Below, piece after piece: positions 45,947-55,155 of a stretch of DNA of 64,000 nt; the stretch's first letter is position 1; each line of letters begins with the position of its first letter. Location: contig CAZYXV010000018.1 in NCBI GenBank assembly GCA_964651475.1, positions 11,474-75,473 on the forward strand, given 5' to 3'. The notes beneath the pieces are model-generated. The model did not search any database. It saw nothing but the letters and a program-made list of their open reading frames with translations, and was not told the origin of the DNA. Source of the stretch: an uncultured Anaerolineae bacterium. Its GTDB lineage: Bacteria > Chloroflexota > Anaerolineae > Fen-1058. The position numbers and the translations under genes were made by a program.

Positions 45947-47641
45947 ATGCAAAAGTGTAAAAGATCAAATAAAATGGGACAAGCCAATCCAAACAACAAG
46001 CCTGCCTCTACAAAGGCCGCTTCACCGCACAACTCGCGTCAGAGCACACCGCCGGCAAGGTCGCGCTCTCTGATAACGGATCTATTGAACATCGGGCTGG
46101 CGCTTGTCGCCATTATGCTGCTCGTCTCAATCCTCAGATTCTTGTGGCAAGATGTATCTTCAAGCCTGCCTGCCATTGCAGCGCACAATGGCAAAACGGC
46201 AACGCCGGATGTGTCTACACCGACCCATACCAACACGCCCCCACCCACGGCCACGTTAACTTGCACGCCTACGCGCCGGCCCACAAACACACGCCTGCCC
46301 ACGCTCACGCCGCGCCCCACTGCCACACCGACCAGCATCCCCACGGACACACCTGTCTCGCCGCGCGGCGCATATCCCCCTACCGTAACGCCCGACGCCA
46401 GCTTTGTCATCAGCAGCACGCCCGTTCCCGAAGCAGCGCCGCTGGTCGAGTTTCCGCAGGGAACCATCAACATTGTCCTGCTCGGCAGCGACAAGCGCCC
46501 CAACGAAGGAGGGTGGCGAACTGATACCATCATCGTCGCCAGCGTCAATCCCAATGCGCCCTCTGTGACCATGCTCTCCATCCCGCGCGATTTGTGGCTC
46601 TACGTCCCCGGCTGGATGTTTCAACGCGTCAACCTGGCCGACCAACACGGCGCCAGCGTAAACTTTCCCGGCGGCGGGCCGGGCCTGCTCAAGCAAACCA
46701 TCCAATACAACCTCGGCGTCCACGTAGACTATTACGCCCGCGTGGACTTTGCCGGCTTTATGAATATCATTGACGCCCTGGGCGGCATTGACGTCGTCGC
46801 CGATTGTCCCCTCGTGGACGTCTTCCCCGATGACCCCATCACCGAAGACCCCACCATCACCGGCACCATCTCCATCCAAACCCCTGGCGTCTATCACCTG
46901 GACGGCAAACACGCCTTGTGGTACGCTCGCAGCCGCTACACCTCCCCCGGCGGCGACCTCGACCGCAGCCGTCGTCAACATCGCGTCTTGCGCGGCCTCT
47001 GGAACAAGGCCACCGAACTCGACGCCGTCGCTCGCCTCCCCCAACTGTGGAGCCAACTCTCCTCCTCAATCGAAACCGATCTCACCTGGAACGACATCGT
47101 CTGGCTCGCTTCTCTCACCCCTCGCCTCGACAACTCTCACATCCGCAGCGGCTTTATTGACGGCGACGCCCTCCAGCCCTGGACCACTCCCTCTGGCGCC
47201 TCTGTCTACCTCCCCAACACCGAGCGTATGCTAGAACAAGTCCAGGATACCTTCAACCCTCCCTCCAACATCGCCGCACAAGCCCCCACCCAGATCGAAG
47301 TCTGGAACGGCACCCCCTTCACCGATTGGGACGTCCTCGCCACCGACCGCCTCCAGTGGGCAGGCTTTTGGGTCACTTCCCTCCGCTCCGCCGACCGCCT
47401 GGACTATGCACGCTCTCAAATCATTGATTTCTCCACCACCCCCAAGGGCAGCCGCCTCCCCTCTCTCTTGCGCCTCTTCCAACTCACCCAGGCCGACGTC
47501 GTCGCCCAGCCCGACCCAAACAGCCCCGTCCCCTATCGCCTCATCGTCGGCGCCAATTACAACCCTTGCGTGCGCCCCGCTTTGCCCCATCGCCCCACCC
47601 CTACACCGACACCCGCGCCTACAGACACCCCCACTCCCTGA
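45947..47641 (+). CDS. LCP (LytR-CpsA-Psr) family protein with Pro/Thr stalk and LytR_C domain (copy 1)
   Basis: TM, PT-rich stalk, NIVLLGSD, RTDTII, MLSIPRD, VDYYARVDF.GF, LDGKHALWYARSR, DLDRSRRQ, IEVWNGT. Confidence 0.92.
   Translation: MQKCKRSNKMGQANPNNKPASTKAASPHNSRQSTPPARSRSLITDLLNIGLALVAIMLLVSILRFLWQDVSSSLPAIAAHNGKTATPDVSTPTHTNTPPPTATLTCTPTRRPTNTRLPTLTPRPTATPTSIPTDTPVSPRGAYPPTVTPDASFVISSTPVPEAAPLVEFPQGTINIVLLGSDKRPNEGGWRTDTIIVASVNPNAPSVTMLSIPRDLWLYVPGWMFQRVNLADQHGASVNFPGGGPGLLKQTIQYNLGVHVDYYARVDFAGFMNIIDALGGIDVVADCPLVDVFPDDPITEDPTITGTISIQTPGVYHLDGKHALWYARSRYTSPGGDLDRSRRQHRVLRGLWNKATELDAVARLPQLWSQLSSSIETDLTWNDIVWLASLTPRLDNSHIRSGFIDGDALQPWTTPSGASVYLPNTERMLEQVQDTFNPPSNIAAQAPTQIEVWNGTPFTDWDVLATDRLQWAGFWVTSLRSADRLDYARSQIIDFSTTPKGSRLPSLLRLFQLTQADVVAQPDPNSPVPYRLIVGANYNPCVRPALPHRPTPTPTPAPTDTPTP
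46661..47612 (+). repeat. 952-bp direct repeat, copy 1 (identical by eye to 48480..49431)
   Basis: Offset 1819; alternative-frame ORFs 46770/48589, 46857/48676 and 46918/48737 translate identically. Confidence 0.9.
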
Positions 47642-47831
47642 CTTGTCCGCACTCGCTATCCACCACAATCCCAATGCTGCTTGTCCAGTAACCAGCCTGT
47701 AACCTGATTGACACGCCACGTTCAAGAAACCTGGCCTATAATCAAATATACCCCTGGTTTAGGGGTGTGCGGCATCCTTAGCGCGGCAAGAATGCCGAAT
47801 TTGATCACACTATTCCCGGACGTAGCGGTCG

Positions 47832-49454
47832 GTGAAAATGGAGCGCCAACTTTATCGAAAAGACAGGCAACACACCCAGCCCCAGCTTGCCCCACGTCGC
47901 CTACTCATTCCCAATCTCAACGCGCCGCGGCTGAACTCGCACACTCTGTTCGTCAAGCTATTGAACATTGATTTGGCGCTCATTAGCGTCCTACTGTTTG
48001 CCTCAATCCTTGGCAGTCCATCACCAGACCTGTCATCTGCCAAAGTGGCCGCGGCGCAAAGTGTGTATTTGGACACAGCGGCGCCAACTCTAACCTCTAC
48101 ACCCACTTCCACACCTACTCCCACACCTACCGCTACTTCTACACCCACCTCTACCCCCCGGCCAACAACAACGCCTACCAGAACGCCTCTCCCAGCGCCA
48201 TCCGGCGAGTATCCTCCCACAGTTACGCCCAACGCGGCGGCAGTACCCAAACCGGCGCCGCTGGTCGAGTTTCCGCAAGGAACCATCAATATTGTCCTGC
48301 TCGGCAGCGACAAACGCCCCAAGGATGGCGAGTGGCGAACCGATACTGTCATCGTCGCCAGCGTCAACCCCAACGTTCCCTCTGTGACCATGCTCTCCAT
48401 CCCGCGCGACCTGTGGCTCTACATCCCCGGCTGGATGTTCCAACGCGTCAACCTGGCCGATGTGCATGGCGCCAGCGTGAACTTTCCCGGCGGCGGGCCG
48501 GGCCTGCTCAAGCAAACCATCCAATACAACCTCGGCGTCCACGTAGACTATTACGCCCGCGTGGACTTTGCCGGCTTTATGAATATCATTGACGCCCTGG
48601 GCGGCATTGACGTCGTCGCCGATTGTCCCCTCGTGGACGTCTTCCCCGATGACCCCATCACCGAAGACCCCACCATCACCGGCACCATCTCCATCCAAAC
48701 CCCTGGCGTCTATCACCTGGACGGCAAACACGCCTTGTGGTACGCTCGCAGCCGCTACACCTCCCCCGGCGGCGACCTCGACCGCAGCCGTCGTCAACAT
48801 CGCGTCTTGCGCGGCCTCTGGAACAAGGCCACCGAACTCGACGCCGTCGCTCGCCTCCCCCAACTGTGGAGCCAACTCTCCTCCTCAATCGAAACCGATC
48901 TCACCTGGAACGACATCGTCTGGCTCGCTTCTCTCACCCCTCGCCTCGACAACTCTCACATCCGCAGCGGCTTTATTGACGGCGACGCCCTCCAGCCCTG
49001 GACCACTCCCTCTGGCGCCTCTGTCTACCTCCCCAACACCGAGCGTATGCTAGAACAAGTCCAGGATACCTTCAACCCTCCCTCCAACATCGCCGCACAA
49101 GCCCCCACCCAGATCGAAGTCTGGAACGGCACCCCCTTCACCGATTGGGACGTCCTCGCCACCGACCGCCTCCAGTGGGCAGGCTTTTGGGTCACTTCCC
49201 TCCGCTCCGCCGACCGCCTGGACTATGCACGCTCTCAAATCATTGATTTCTCCACCACCCCCAAGGGCAGCCGCCTCCCCTCTCTCTTGCGCCTCTTCCA
49301 ACTCACCCAGGCCGACGTCGTCGCCCAGCCCGACCCAAACAGCCCCGTCCCCTATCGCCTCATCGTCGGCGCCAATTACAACCCTTGCGTGCGCCCCGCT
49401 TTGCCCCATCGCCCCACCCCTACACCGACACTAACACCTACCGCCCCTCCATAA
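47832..49454 (+). CDS. LCP family protein (copy 2)
   Basis: Same motifs as copy 1; divergent N-terminus and stalk. Confidence 0.92.
   Translation: MKMERQLYRKDRQHTQPQLAPRRLLIPNLNAPRLNSHTLFVKLLNIDLALISVLLFASILGSPSPDLSSAKVAAAQSVYLDTAAPTLTSTPTSTPTPTPTATSTPTSTPRPTTTPTRTPLPAPSGEYPPTVTPNAAAVPKPAPLVEFPQGTINIVLLGSDKRPKDGEWRTDTVIVASVNPNVPSVTMLSIPRDLWLYIPGWMFQRVNLADVHGASVNFPGGGPGLLKQTIQYNLGVHVDYYARVDFAGFMNIIDALGGIDVVADCPLVDVFPDDPITEDPTITGTISIQTPGVYHLDGKHALWYARSRYTSPGGDLDRSRRQHRVLRGLWNKATELDAVARLPQLWSQLSSSIETDLTWNDIVWLASLTPRLDNSHIRSGFIDGDALQPWTTPSGASVYLPNTERMLEQVQDTFNPPSNIAAQAPTQIEVWNGTPFTDWDVLATDRLQWAGFWVTSLRSADRLDYARSQIIDFSTTPKGSRLPSLLRLFQLTQADVVAQPDPNSPVPYRLIVGANYNPCVRPALPHRPTPTPTLTPTAPP
48480..49431 (+). 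repeat. 952-bp direct repeat, copy 2
   Basis: Starts AACTTTCCCGGCGGCGGG and ends CTACACCGACAC, as in copy 1. Confidence 0.9.
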
Positions 49455-49559
49455 AACAGTGATCAGCGTGACCCTGCCGCAACCGTACCTTTAATCCGCG
49501 AATCTGCGCGAATAACACGATGTAAAATCACATAGAGTGATTGGCCGCCTGAGCTGTAC

Positions 49560-49588
49560 TTGACGCTTCTTCTTCCCATCAGTATAAT
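49560..49588 (+). promoter_or_regulatory. Sigma70 promoter of the histidine kinase gene
   Basis: TTGACG-N17-TATAAT. Confidence 0.7.
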
Positions 49589-49633
49589 GAATTCGCGTCT
49601 GCGTCTTGCGAGATAAAACACATGGAGTAAACT

Positions 49634-50377
49634 ATGGCTAACGAAGCTGAATTGATCGAGCAGGTTGAGAACCTCAAAACGGCCCTGGCGGCGGCTCAAG
49701 CCGAATCATGGAAACTCGTTCGCTCGGTCTGCCACGAATTGCGCCTGCCGCTTAGCTCGATCAAAGGTTATAATGATTTGATACCGTTGATGGGGCCGGT
49801 CAGCGACCAACAAAAGGATTTTGTTACGCGCATCAAGAAAAACGTGGCGCGCATGAGCGGCATGATTGCCAACCTGCACGACCTGGCGTTTATGGGTGAA
49901 GGTCATTTTATCCTCAAGCCTGTAGCATTGTCTCTGAAAGAGGCCATTGAAAAAATGTGCGACGAAATGCAACCCGCGGCAGGTGAACGTAGCCACACAC
50001 TCAACTATAGTTTGCCTCCCTCGCTGCCCGCTGTACAGGCTGATCGCGAACGCACAGAGCAAATCTTGCGCATCCTGATCGAAAATGCCTGCTGGTATAC
50101 TCCGCCCGGTGGGCAAATCACCGTTGCCGCGCAGCAAACCGACGGCGACCAAATTCAAATCAGCGTCACCGATACCGGCATCGGCGTGCCCGAAGAGGAA
50201 CGCGAGAAACTCTTTACGCTGTTTTTCCGCAGCGATACCCCGCTGGTGCGTGAGCAACCCGGCGCTGGCATGAACCTTTATATGGTGCGGCGCTTGATCG
50301 AATTGATGGGCGGCGCGTACGGCGCCGAGTTTGAGGCCGGCTCTCGTTTTTGGGTCAGCCTGCCGATAGCCGGCTAA
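49634..50377 (+). CDS. Sensor-less histidine kinase (HisKA + HATPase_c)
   Basis: HELRLPLSSIKGY, QILRILIENACWYT, VTDTGIG, FFR, GAGMNL. Confidence 0.9.
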   Translation: MANEAELIEQVENLKTALAAAQAESWKLVRSVCHELRLPLSSIKGYNDLIPLMGPVSDQQKDFVTRIKKNVARMSGMIANLHDLAFMGEGHFILKPVALSLKEAIEKMCDEMQPAAGERSHTLNYSLPPSLPAVQADRERTEQILRILIENACWYTPPGGQITVAAQQTDGDQIQISVTDTGIGVPEEEREKLFTLFFRSDTPLVREQPGAGMNLYMVRRLIELMGGAYGAEFEAGSRFWVSLPIAG

Positions 50378-50490
50378 TATCACAGCGTGCTACCAGCCCA
50401 CGACCCTAGCCGCGATGCGCCAAACAGCGTGTTGACCCGGCTGGCGCGGCGTGATAAGATAAAGCAAGATTTGCGTAAAGGAGACAAGTA

Positions 50491-50697
50491 ATGGAAAACA
50501 AAACGTTTATTGCACCCAACATTTCGTGCATGCACTGCGTTCACACAATCAAGACCGAATTGGGCGAGTTGCCCGGCGTGACCTCGGTAGAAGCCCAGGC
50601 AGACACAAAGCAAGTCACGGTCAGTTGGCAGGCGCCCGCCACCTGGGATCAAATCAAGGCGGCACTGGTCGAAATCGGCTATCCGGCCGCAGAATAA
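50491..50697 (+). CDS. Heavy-metal-associated (CopZ-like) chaperone
   Basis: ISCMHC, GV..VE, IGY; 68 aa with RBS AAGGAG. Confidence 0.9.
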   Translation: MENKTFIAPNISCMHCVHTIKTELGELPGVTSVEAQADTKQVTVSWQAPATWDQIKAALVEIGYPAAE

Positions 50698-50718
50698 CAA
50701 CGAACGACAATCAACGCG

Positions 50719-50758
50719 CGACCAATGACTGACGGCGACAATCGTTTGTCATTGGTCG
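50719..50758. repeat. Hairpin / possible terminator after copZ
   Basis: CGACCAATGAC / GTCATTGGTCG. Confidence 0.55.
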
Positions 50759-50910
50759 TTTGCCGTTAAAGGCACTCGCGCACCCGCACGGGCGGCAATA
50801 TCCAAGCTATCGGGCAAAGTGCAAGGGCGTGGCGATGTGGTACAATAAAGGCACAAAACGCCTTGGGCAAAACCGCGCTCGAGCGCGGTTCCGGAGTGGT
50901 TGGAGGGAAC

Positions 50911-52152
50911 TTGAAAATAAAGTGCCCGTCGTGTCTTGGGCTGGCCGAAGAGACAGAGCTAAAAGATAACAACTATGTCTGCCCCATACCAGGCTGTCAA
51001 AAACCCATCCCGCCTTCGTATGTGGCCGACTATGACTTGCACAAGCCTGTCATCATCAGCGCGGTGGGGCTGCGCGGCCATGGGAAAACGGTATATTTTG
51101 CCTCGGTCTTTCGGGCCTTGTACTTTTTGACCGAGTGTTGGCCCGAGTTTTATCACACGCCGCTCGACGACACGGCGCTCAGAAAAGTCAAAGAAGAAGC
51201 CGCGCGGCTGGATCGCGGCGAGTTGCCCGCGCCCACACCGTTCAATCCCAACAACCCCCCCGAACCCGTGTTGATTCGGGTGACTGGCATCCCGATGTAC
51301 CCCAAGTGCACTTTGCTTTTTTACGACGTGAGCGGAGAAAGCTTTACGGCCGAAATGGAAAAAGTGGGCAGCTATGTGCCTTTTTTGCAACAGGCGCAGA
51401 CGGTCCTGTTTTTGATCAGCGTGCCCGACCTTTCGTCCCGGCCTGCGCTGGATATGGAGGAATTGCTCAGCCGCTACATCGGCGGCATGCGGTATCAACG
51501 CATCAATATCAAAAAACAACATCTGGTTGTGGTCTATACCAAGGCGGACCAAATGGAGTTAGGCTCTGGCTGGCGAGACCTGGACGCCTATCTGCGTAGA
51601 GGGCTGGGAGACGGCATGGAAGACCCGGAAGCCTACCGGAAAAAATTAGTTTGGACGTCTGACCGGCTGCGCGACTATACGCGGAACGAACTCAAGGCGC
51701 ATCAATTCCTGGCCAAAGCCAGCGGCAACTTTGAAAGCGTCACCTTTTCCATCGTCTCTGCCCTGGGCGCAAGCCCTGAAACAGGCGCCAATGGCAAGCA
51801 GCGCGTGATGCAGGTCGCACCCATCTCCTGCCGGATCATGGATCCGCTGTTGTGGGCGGTCGAAAACTCGCAGCCTCGCTGGAAACAGGCACTGTGGTGG
51901 AAAAGAAACGGGAGGAAAATTCTCTTTCTCACCCTCCTGTTTGAAATCAGCAGCGTCTTGTGCAGCATTATGGGGGTGCTGCTGAGCTTGCAGCTCAGCA
52001 CGAATTTGTTCACATGGAGTGAAAGGGGGCAGTGGATGCCCACGCGAACCATTTTGGAAATATCTGGGGAAATTGGATTTGCGCTTGGAACAGTGGGGGT
52101 GTTGTTGGCGTTTCCGCTGCTGCTCAAAATGGTCAAAGAGTGGCTGAGTTGA
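50911..52152 (+). CDS. Zn-ribbon + TRAFAC-class GTPase (DO-GTPase-like) with C-terminal TM helices
   Basis: CPSC...CPIPGC; G1 GLRGHGKT, G3 FYDVSGE, G4 YTKAD, G5 VSALG; two hydrophobic C-terminal segments; TTG start after GGAGGG. Confidence 0.8.
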   Translation: MKIKCPSCLGLAEETELKDNNYVCPIPGCQKPIPPSYVADYDLHKPVIISAVGLRGHGKTVYFASVFRALYFLTECWPEFYHTPLDDTALRKVKEEAARLDRGELPAPTPFNPNNPPEPVLIRVTGIPMYPKCTLLFYDVSGESFTAEMEKVGSYVPFLQQAQTVLFLISVPDLSSRPALDMEELLSRYIGGMRYQRINIKKQHLVVVYTKADQMELGSGWRDLDAYLRRGLGDGMEDPEAYRKKLVWTSDRLRDYTRNELKAHQFLAKASGNFESVTFSIVSALGASPETGANGKQRVMQVAPISCRIMDPLLWAVENSQPRWKQALWWKRNGRKILFLTLLFEISSVLCSIMGVLLSLQLSTNLFTWSERGQWMPTRTILEISGEIGFALGTVGVLLAFPLLLKMVKEWLS

Positions 52153-52161
52153 GAGGTGACC

Positions 52162-54393
52162 ATGTCATTCTGCTTTGACCGAACGGGCTTTCCTCTTTTT
52201 TTTATACCCGATCTGGCAATTGAAGTGCATCTTTTGCCGGTGACCTGGGCGCAATTAAAAAGCTACACGGCGCAAGCCGGCGTTTCCCAGGCAGATCAAT
52301 GGTGGCAAGACGCCCCTACCACCATTCAAGGCATAGCCGCAGGCGAACTAGAAAAGCTGTTCGTAACCGGGATTTTGCCGGAAGAATCGCTGGCGTTCGC
52401 CAGGTGGATGGGAGAAGGGTTCGACCTGCCAACGCTCGACGAGTGGCGCGCCATCTATCGCGCTCTTGACTGTGAGCCTATCTCTGTATGCCAATCTATG
52501 CTCCAATCTGTCGACAATCCCGCTCGCGCGGTTTTGGAAGCGTTACTGGCGCAAACTCAAGCCCAATCATTGCTGGACCTCTCTTTGATGCGGGGGGGAC
52601 TCCTGGAATGGGTCAGCCAAGATACGGAATGGCTTGGCCGGGGGCAGCCGCGCCAGGCATTTTTCCCCAATCTGTTCGACCCACTTTCGGACAAAGACGA
52701 CCAAATCAGGCCCATTCAAATAAAACGCTCGCGCTACTTTGGCTTTCGACTGGTGAGACGCAACGTCAGGCCAGTCACAGAGGCGGCCGTGAATGTGCCC
52801 GCCGGCCAGCACGTTTTCACGAGCGTGGAAAAAGAACAATCGCCCCAGGGCAAAGAAGGCTTTCAAACGCTCTTTTACACCCGCTCCGTTTTGTCAAAGA
52901 GCGAGGCCGAAGATATTGAAACACGCCTGGTCTACTCCTTGTCCGAAATTGAGCCGACGGATCGAATTTTTTTCACCCTATCGAGCGGCAAGGCAGTGAC
53001 GACCCAAATCGTACCCCTGGCCGAACCGGATCGTTTTGGACGCAGAGGGCGCTACCTGGCCCACAGCCTGATATTTGCTCCGGGGGCTTTTGCCCAATCC
53101 GGCGCCGACCCGTTTTACATTTTCAGGCACTTTCCCTTTATCGCGGATGTGGGCGAGGCGCTCAAGAGCGGCAATTACAAAACGGGCGACATGGGCATCG
53201 TCGTCCGCGAGGCTTGCGCCGAGCCAGCGCACACCGTCCAGGCCGCCACTGGCTGGCCAACGGCAGATTTAAAGCAACTGGCCCTGCTGGCTTTGCAAGC
53301 GGAACATCTGGCTCGCGAGCGCTCGGCTGTGGCCTTTGTGGGTGAACCCGCGTCGGTCGAAACTGCCCTCGAAGCCGCCTTTCTGGCCGTGCCCACTCCC
53401 CTCCGCCCGCATTGCACATTCGACACATACTTTTATCATTGTAACCTGGCGAACACGTATTTCTGGGGCGTGGGCTTGCTAGAGCCGCCAAACGACCCCC
53501 GCTTCATTGCGGTTGACACACGGTCGCGCCAGGTCTTGAACGTGGCGTTAAATCCACAGACAGCTTATGAACAGTGGGTTGTAGATCAGCTTGAGCCAGG
53601 GAACCTGAACCTTATTGCCCACTGGAAAGATTATGCTTTTGCCTTGTGTGAATGGTTAGATGGCCGCAGCGCGTGCGATACCTCCCTGGTGGAAGAATCG
53701 CCCCAGGACATTATCGAGTCCACTTTTCAAGCCAATGCTCGCCAGGTGCAAGAGCTGCTTCACAACAAGCTGCTCAAGGATGAGCAATTGCCGCCCCGGC
53801 TGGTCAACCGCATCTCTGAGCAAGTTTACAGACAAATGCGGGCCATCGAGCACTATAGACGATTGCGGCAAGGGTTCGAACTACCCCAGCTTTTAAAGAT
53901 ATTGTACGAGGTTTACAAGGCCAGAGAATTTCGGCCCCCTCAGCGCGAAGAAATCCAAGATTTGGGAGTGCTGGCTGGGAAAATCGAGCATCGCCCCCTG
54001 CGCGCGCTCCACGCCTGCTGGAGCGACCTGCGCCAAAAACTGCGCCGGGAACTGGAGCATCTGAGCCAAGACGACTATCGCGAGTTTGTACGCACCGCGC
54101 TGCGCGCCGGCCTTTTGGATGATCCCCTGGCATTCCTCGCGCCAGTGCGCGGAGCCGTGTTCCTCGATCTCTACCTGGAGGTTTGCCAGGAACACGAGTG
54201 GAGCGCCCTGGTCAAGGCGCTGTTAGCATCCAGAGAAACCGATAGCCTGGCCCGGCTGGCGCCGCGCGTCTCTGGATGGCCGGCCAGGGAACTGCGATCT
54301 CTGCACAAGATGATTGAAAAACGTCCCGACGTCCCTGAATTATTCCGGCAGGCCGTTAGCGAAGCCGTAGCCAGCCTGCCGCCCGATCAATAG
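52162..54393 (+). CDS. Fusion of a degenerate FGE-sulfatase/SUMF1-like domain, a GAP1-N2-like domain and a helical tail
   Basis: PVTWAQ, FARWMG..FDLPTLDEW, GGLLEWV, YFGFRLVR (FGE-like); then FTSVEKEQSPQGKEGFQTLFYT...D.FGRRGRYLAHSLI (GAP1-N2-like), RPHCTFDTY. Confidence 0.65.
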   Translation: MSFCFDRTGFPLFFIPDLAIEVHLLPVTWAQLKSYTAQAGVSQADQWWQDAPTTIQGIAAGELEKLFVTGILPEESLAFARWMGEGFDLPTLDEWRAIYRALDCEPISVCQSMLQSVDNPARAVLEALLAQTQAQSLLDLSLMRGGLLEWVSQDTEWLGRGQPRQAFFPNLFDPLSDKDDQIRPIQIKRSRYFGFRLVRRNVRPVTEAAVNVPAGQHVFTSVEKEQSPQGKEGFQTLFYTRSVLSKSEAEDIETRLVYSLSEIEPTDRIFFTLSSGKAVTTQIVPLAEPDRFGRRGRYLAHSLIFAPGAFAQSGADPFYIFRHFPFIADVGEALKSGNYKTGDMGIVVREACAEPAHTVQAATGWPTADLKQLALLALQAEHLARERSAVAFVGEPASVETALEAAFLAVPTPLRPHCTFDTYFYHCNLANTYFWGVGLLEPPNDPRFIAVDTRSRQVLNVALNPQTAYEQWVVDQLEPGNLNLIAHWKDYAFALCEWLDGRSACDTSLVEESPQDIIESTFQANARQVQELLHNKLLKDEQLPPRLVNRISEQVYRQMRAIEHYRRLRQGFELPQLLKILYEVYKAREFRPPQREEIQDLGVLAGKIEHRPLRALHACWSDLRQKLRRELEHLSQDDYREFVRTALRAGLLDDPLAFLAPVRGAVFLDLYLEVCQEHEWSALVKALLASRETDSLARLAPRVSGWPARELRSLHKMIEKRPDVPELFRQAVSEAVASLPPDQ

Positions 54394-54430
54394 CTGCAGG
54401 AGATACATTGTTGGCGCGAAAGGAAATGAC

Positions 54431-54910
54431 ATGCCGAGGCGAGTGATTGCAAACCTGGCTGCCTTTGGAATCGCCTATATTGCTTTGCTGACGGGTTGCA
54501 GCTTGATGGTCGGGCTGACCCTGGGCATGATGATGCGGCCAGCGCCCTCTGCGCCTTTGCCACAACCAACCCCGGTTGAGCAGACCGCCACAGACGCTAT
54601 CCCCTCGCCGCGCGCCACCTCCACGCCGGGGTCCATTCTCATTTTTACATTTACGCCCAGGCCGTCTCTCACGCCGCGACTGAGCACACCCACACCTACG
54701 CCTCCCCCCACCCTGCCCCCGGCATCCGACGGAGAGTGTTCGGTCATTCACGTGGTCGAAGCAGGGGATACAGTGCTCGGCATTGCCCAGCGGTACAACG
54801 TAGCGGTGGATGACATTATGCGCGCAAACGAACTCGAGACAGCCTCGTCCCTGAGAATCGGCCAAAAGCTCGTCATTCCAATCTGCGGAACGGCAACGCC
54901 AGCACCGTGA
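54431..54910 (+). CDS. Membrane-anchored LysM protein with Pro/Thr stalk
   Basis: N-terminal TM; HVVEAGDTVLGIAQRYNVAVDDIMRANEL...LRIGQKLVIP. Confidence 0.85.
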   Translation: MPRRVIANLAAFGIAYIALLTGCSLMVGLTLGMMMRPAPSAPLPQPTPVEQTATDAIPSPRATSTPGSILIFTFTPRPSLTPRLSTPTPTPPPTLPPASDGECSVIHVVEAGDTVLGIAQRYNVAVDDIMRANELETASSLRIGQKLVIPICGTATPAP

Positions 54911-55155
54911 ACACAGAAGAGATCTTCAGACACGCACTTCTGAGCGCACCTACAAGCGCCCCACCGCAAACGTTGCTGGAAAGGGTTGGCCTGGGCATTG
55001 GCTTTCCAGGGAGTGCTCCTCGCGCTCTTGCGCCGCTTTGACCAGGTGATGCGCTGCTGAAACCTATCACAATACTTTTACGTATAACACTACGGTAGGG
55101 AAAAGCGCAGAGCGCCGACGTCCCAAGGCGCATCGAAAAGCAAAAGGAGAGTATA

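Noticed and set aside
52162-52790. DGR target (FGE/CLec fold)
   Set aside because: No reverse transcriptase and no TR/VR repeat pair with A-specific mismatches in the window. The 952-bp LCP repeat looks identical rather than A-mutagenised.
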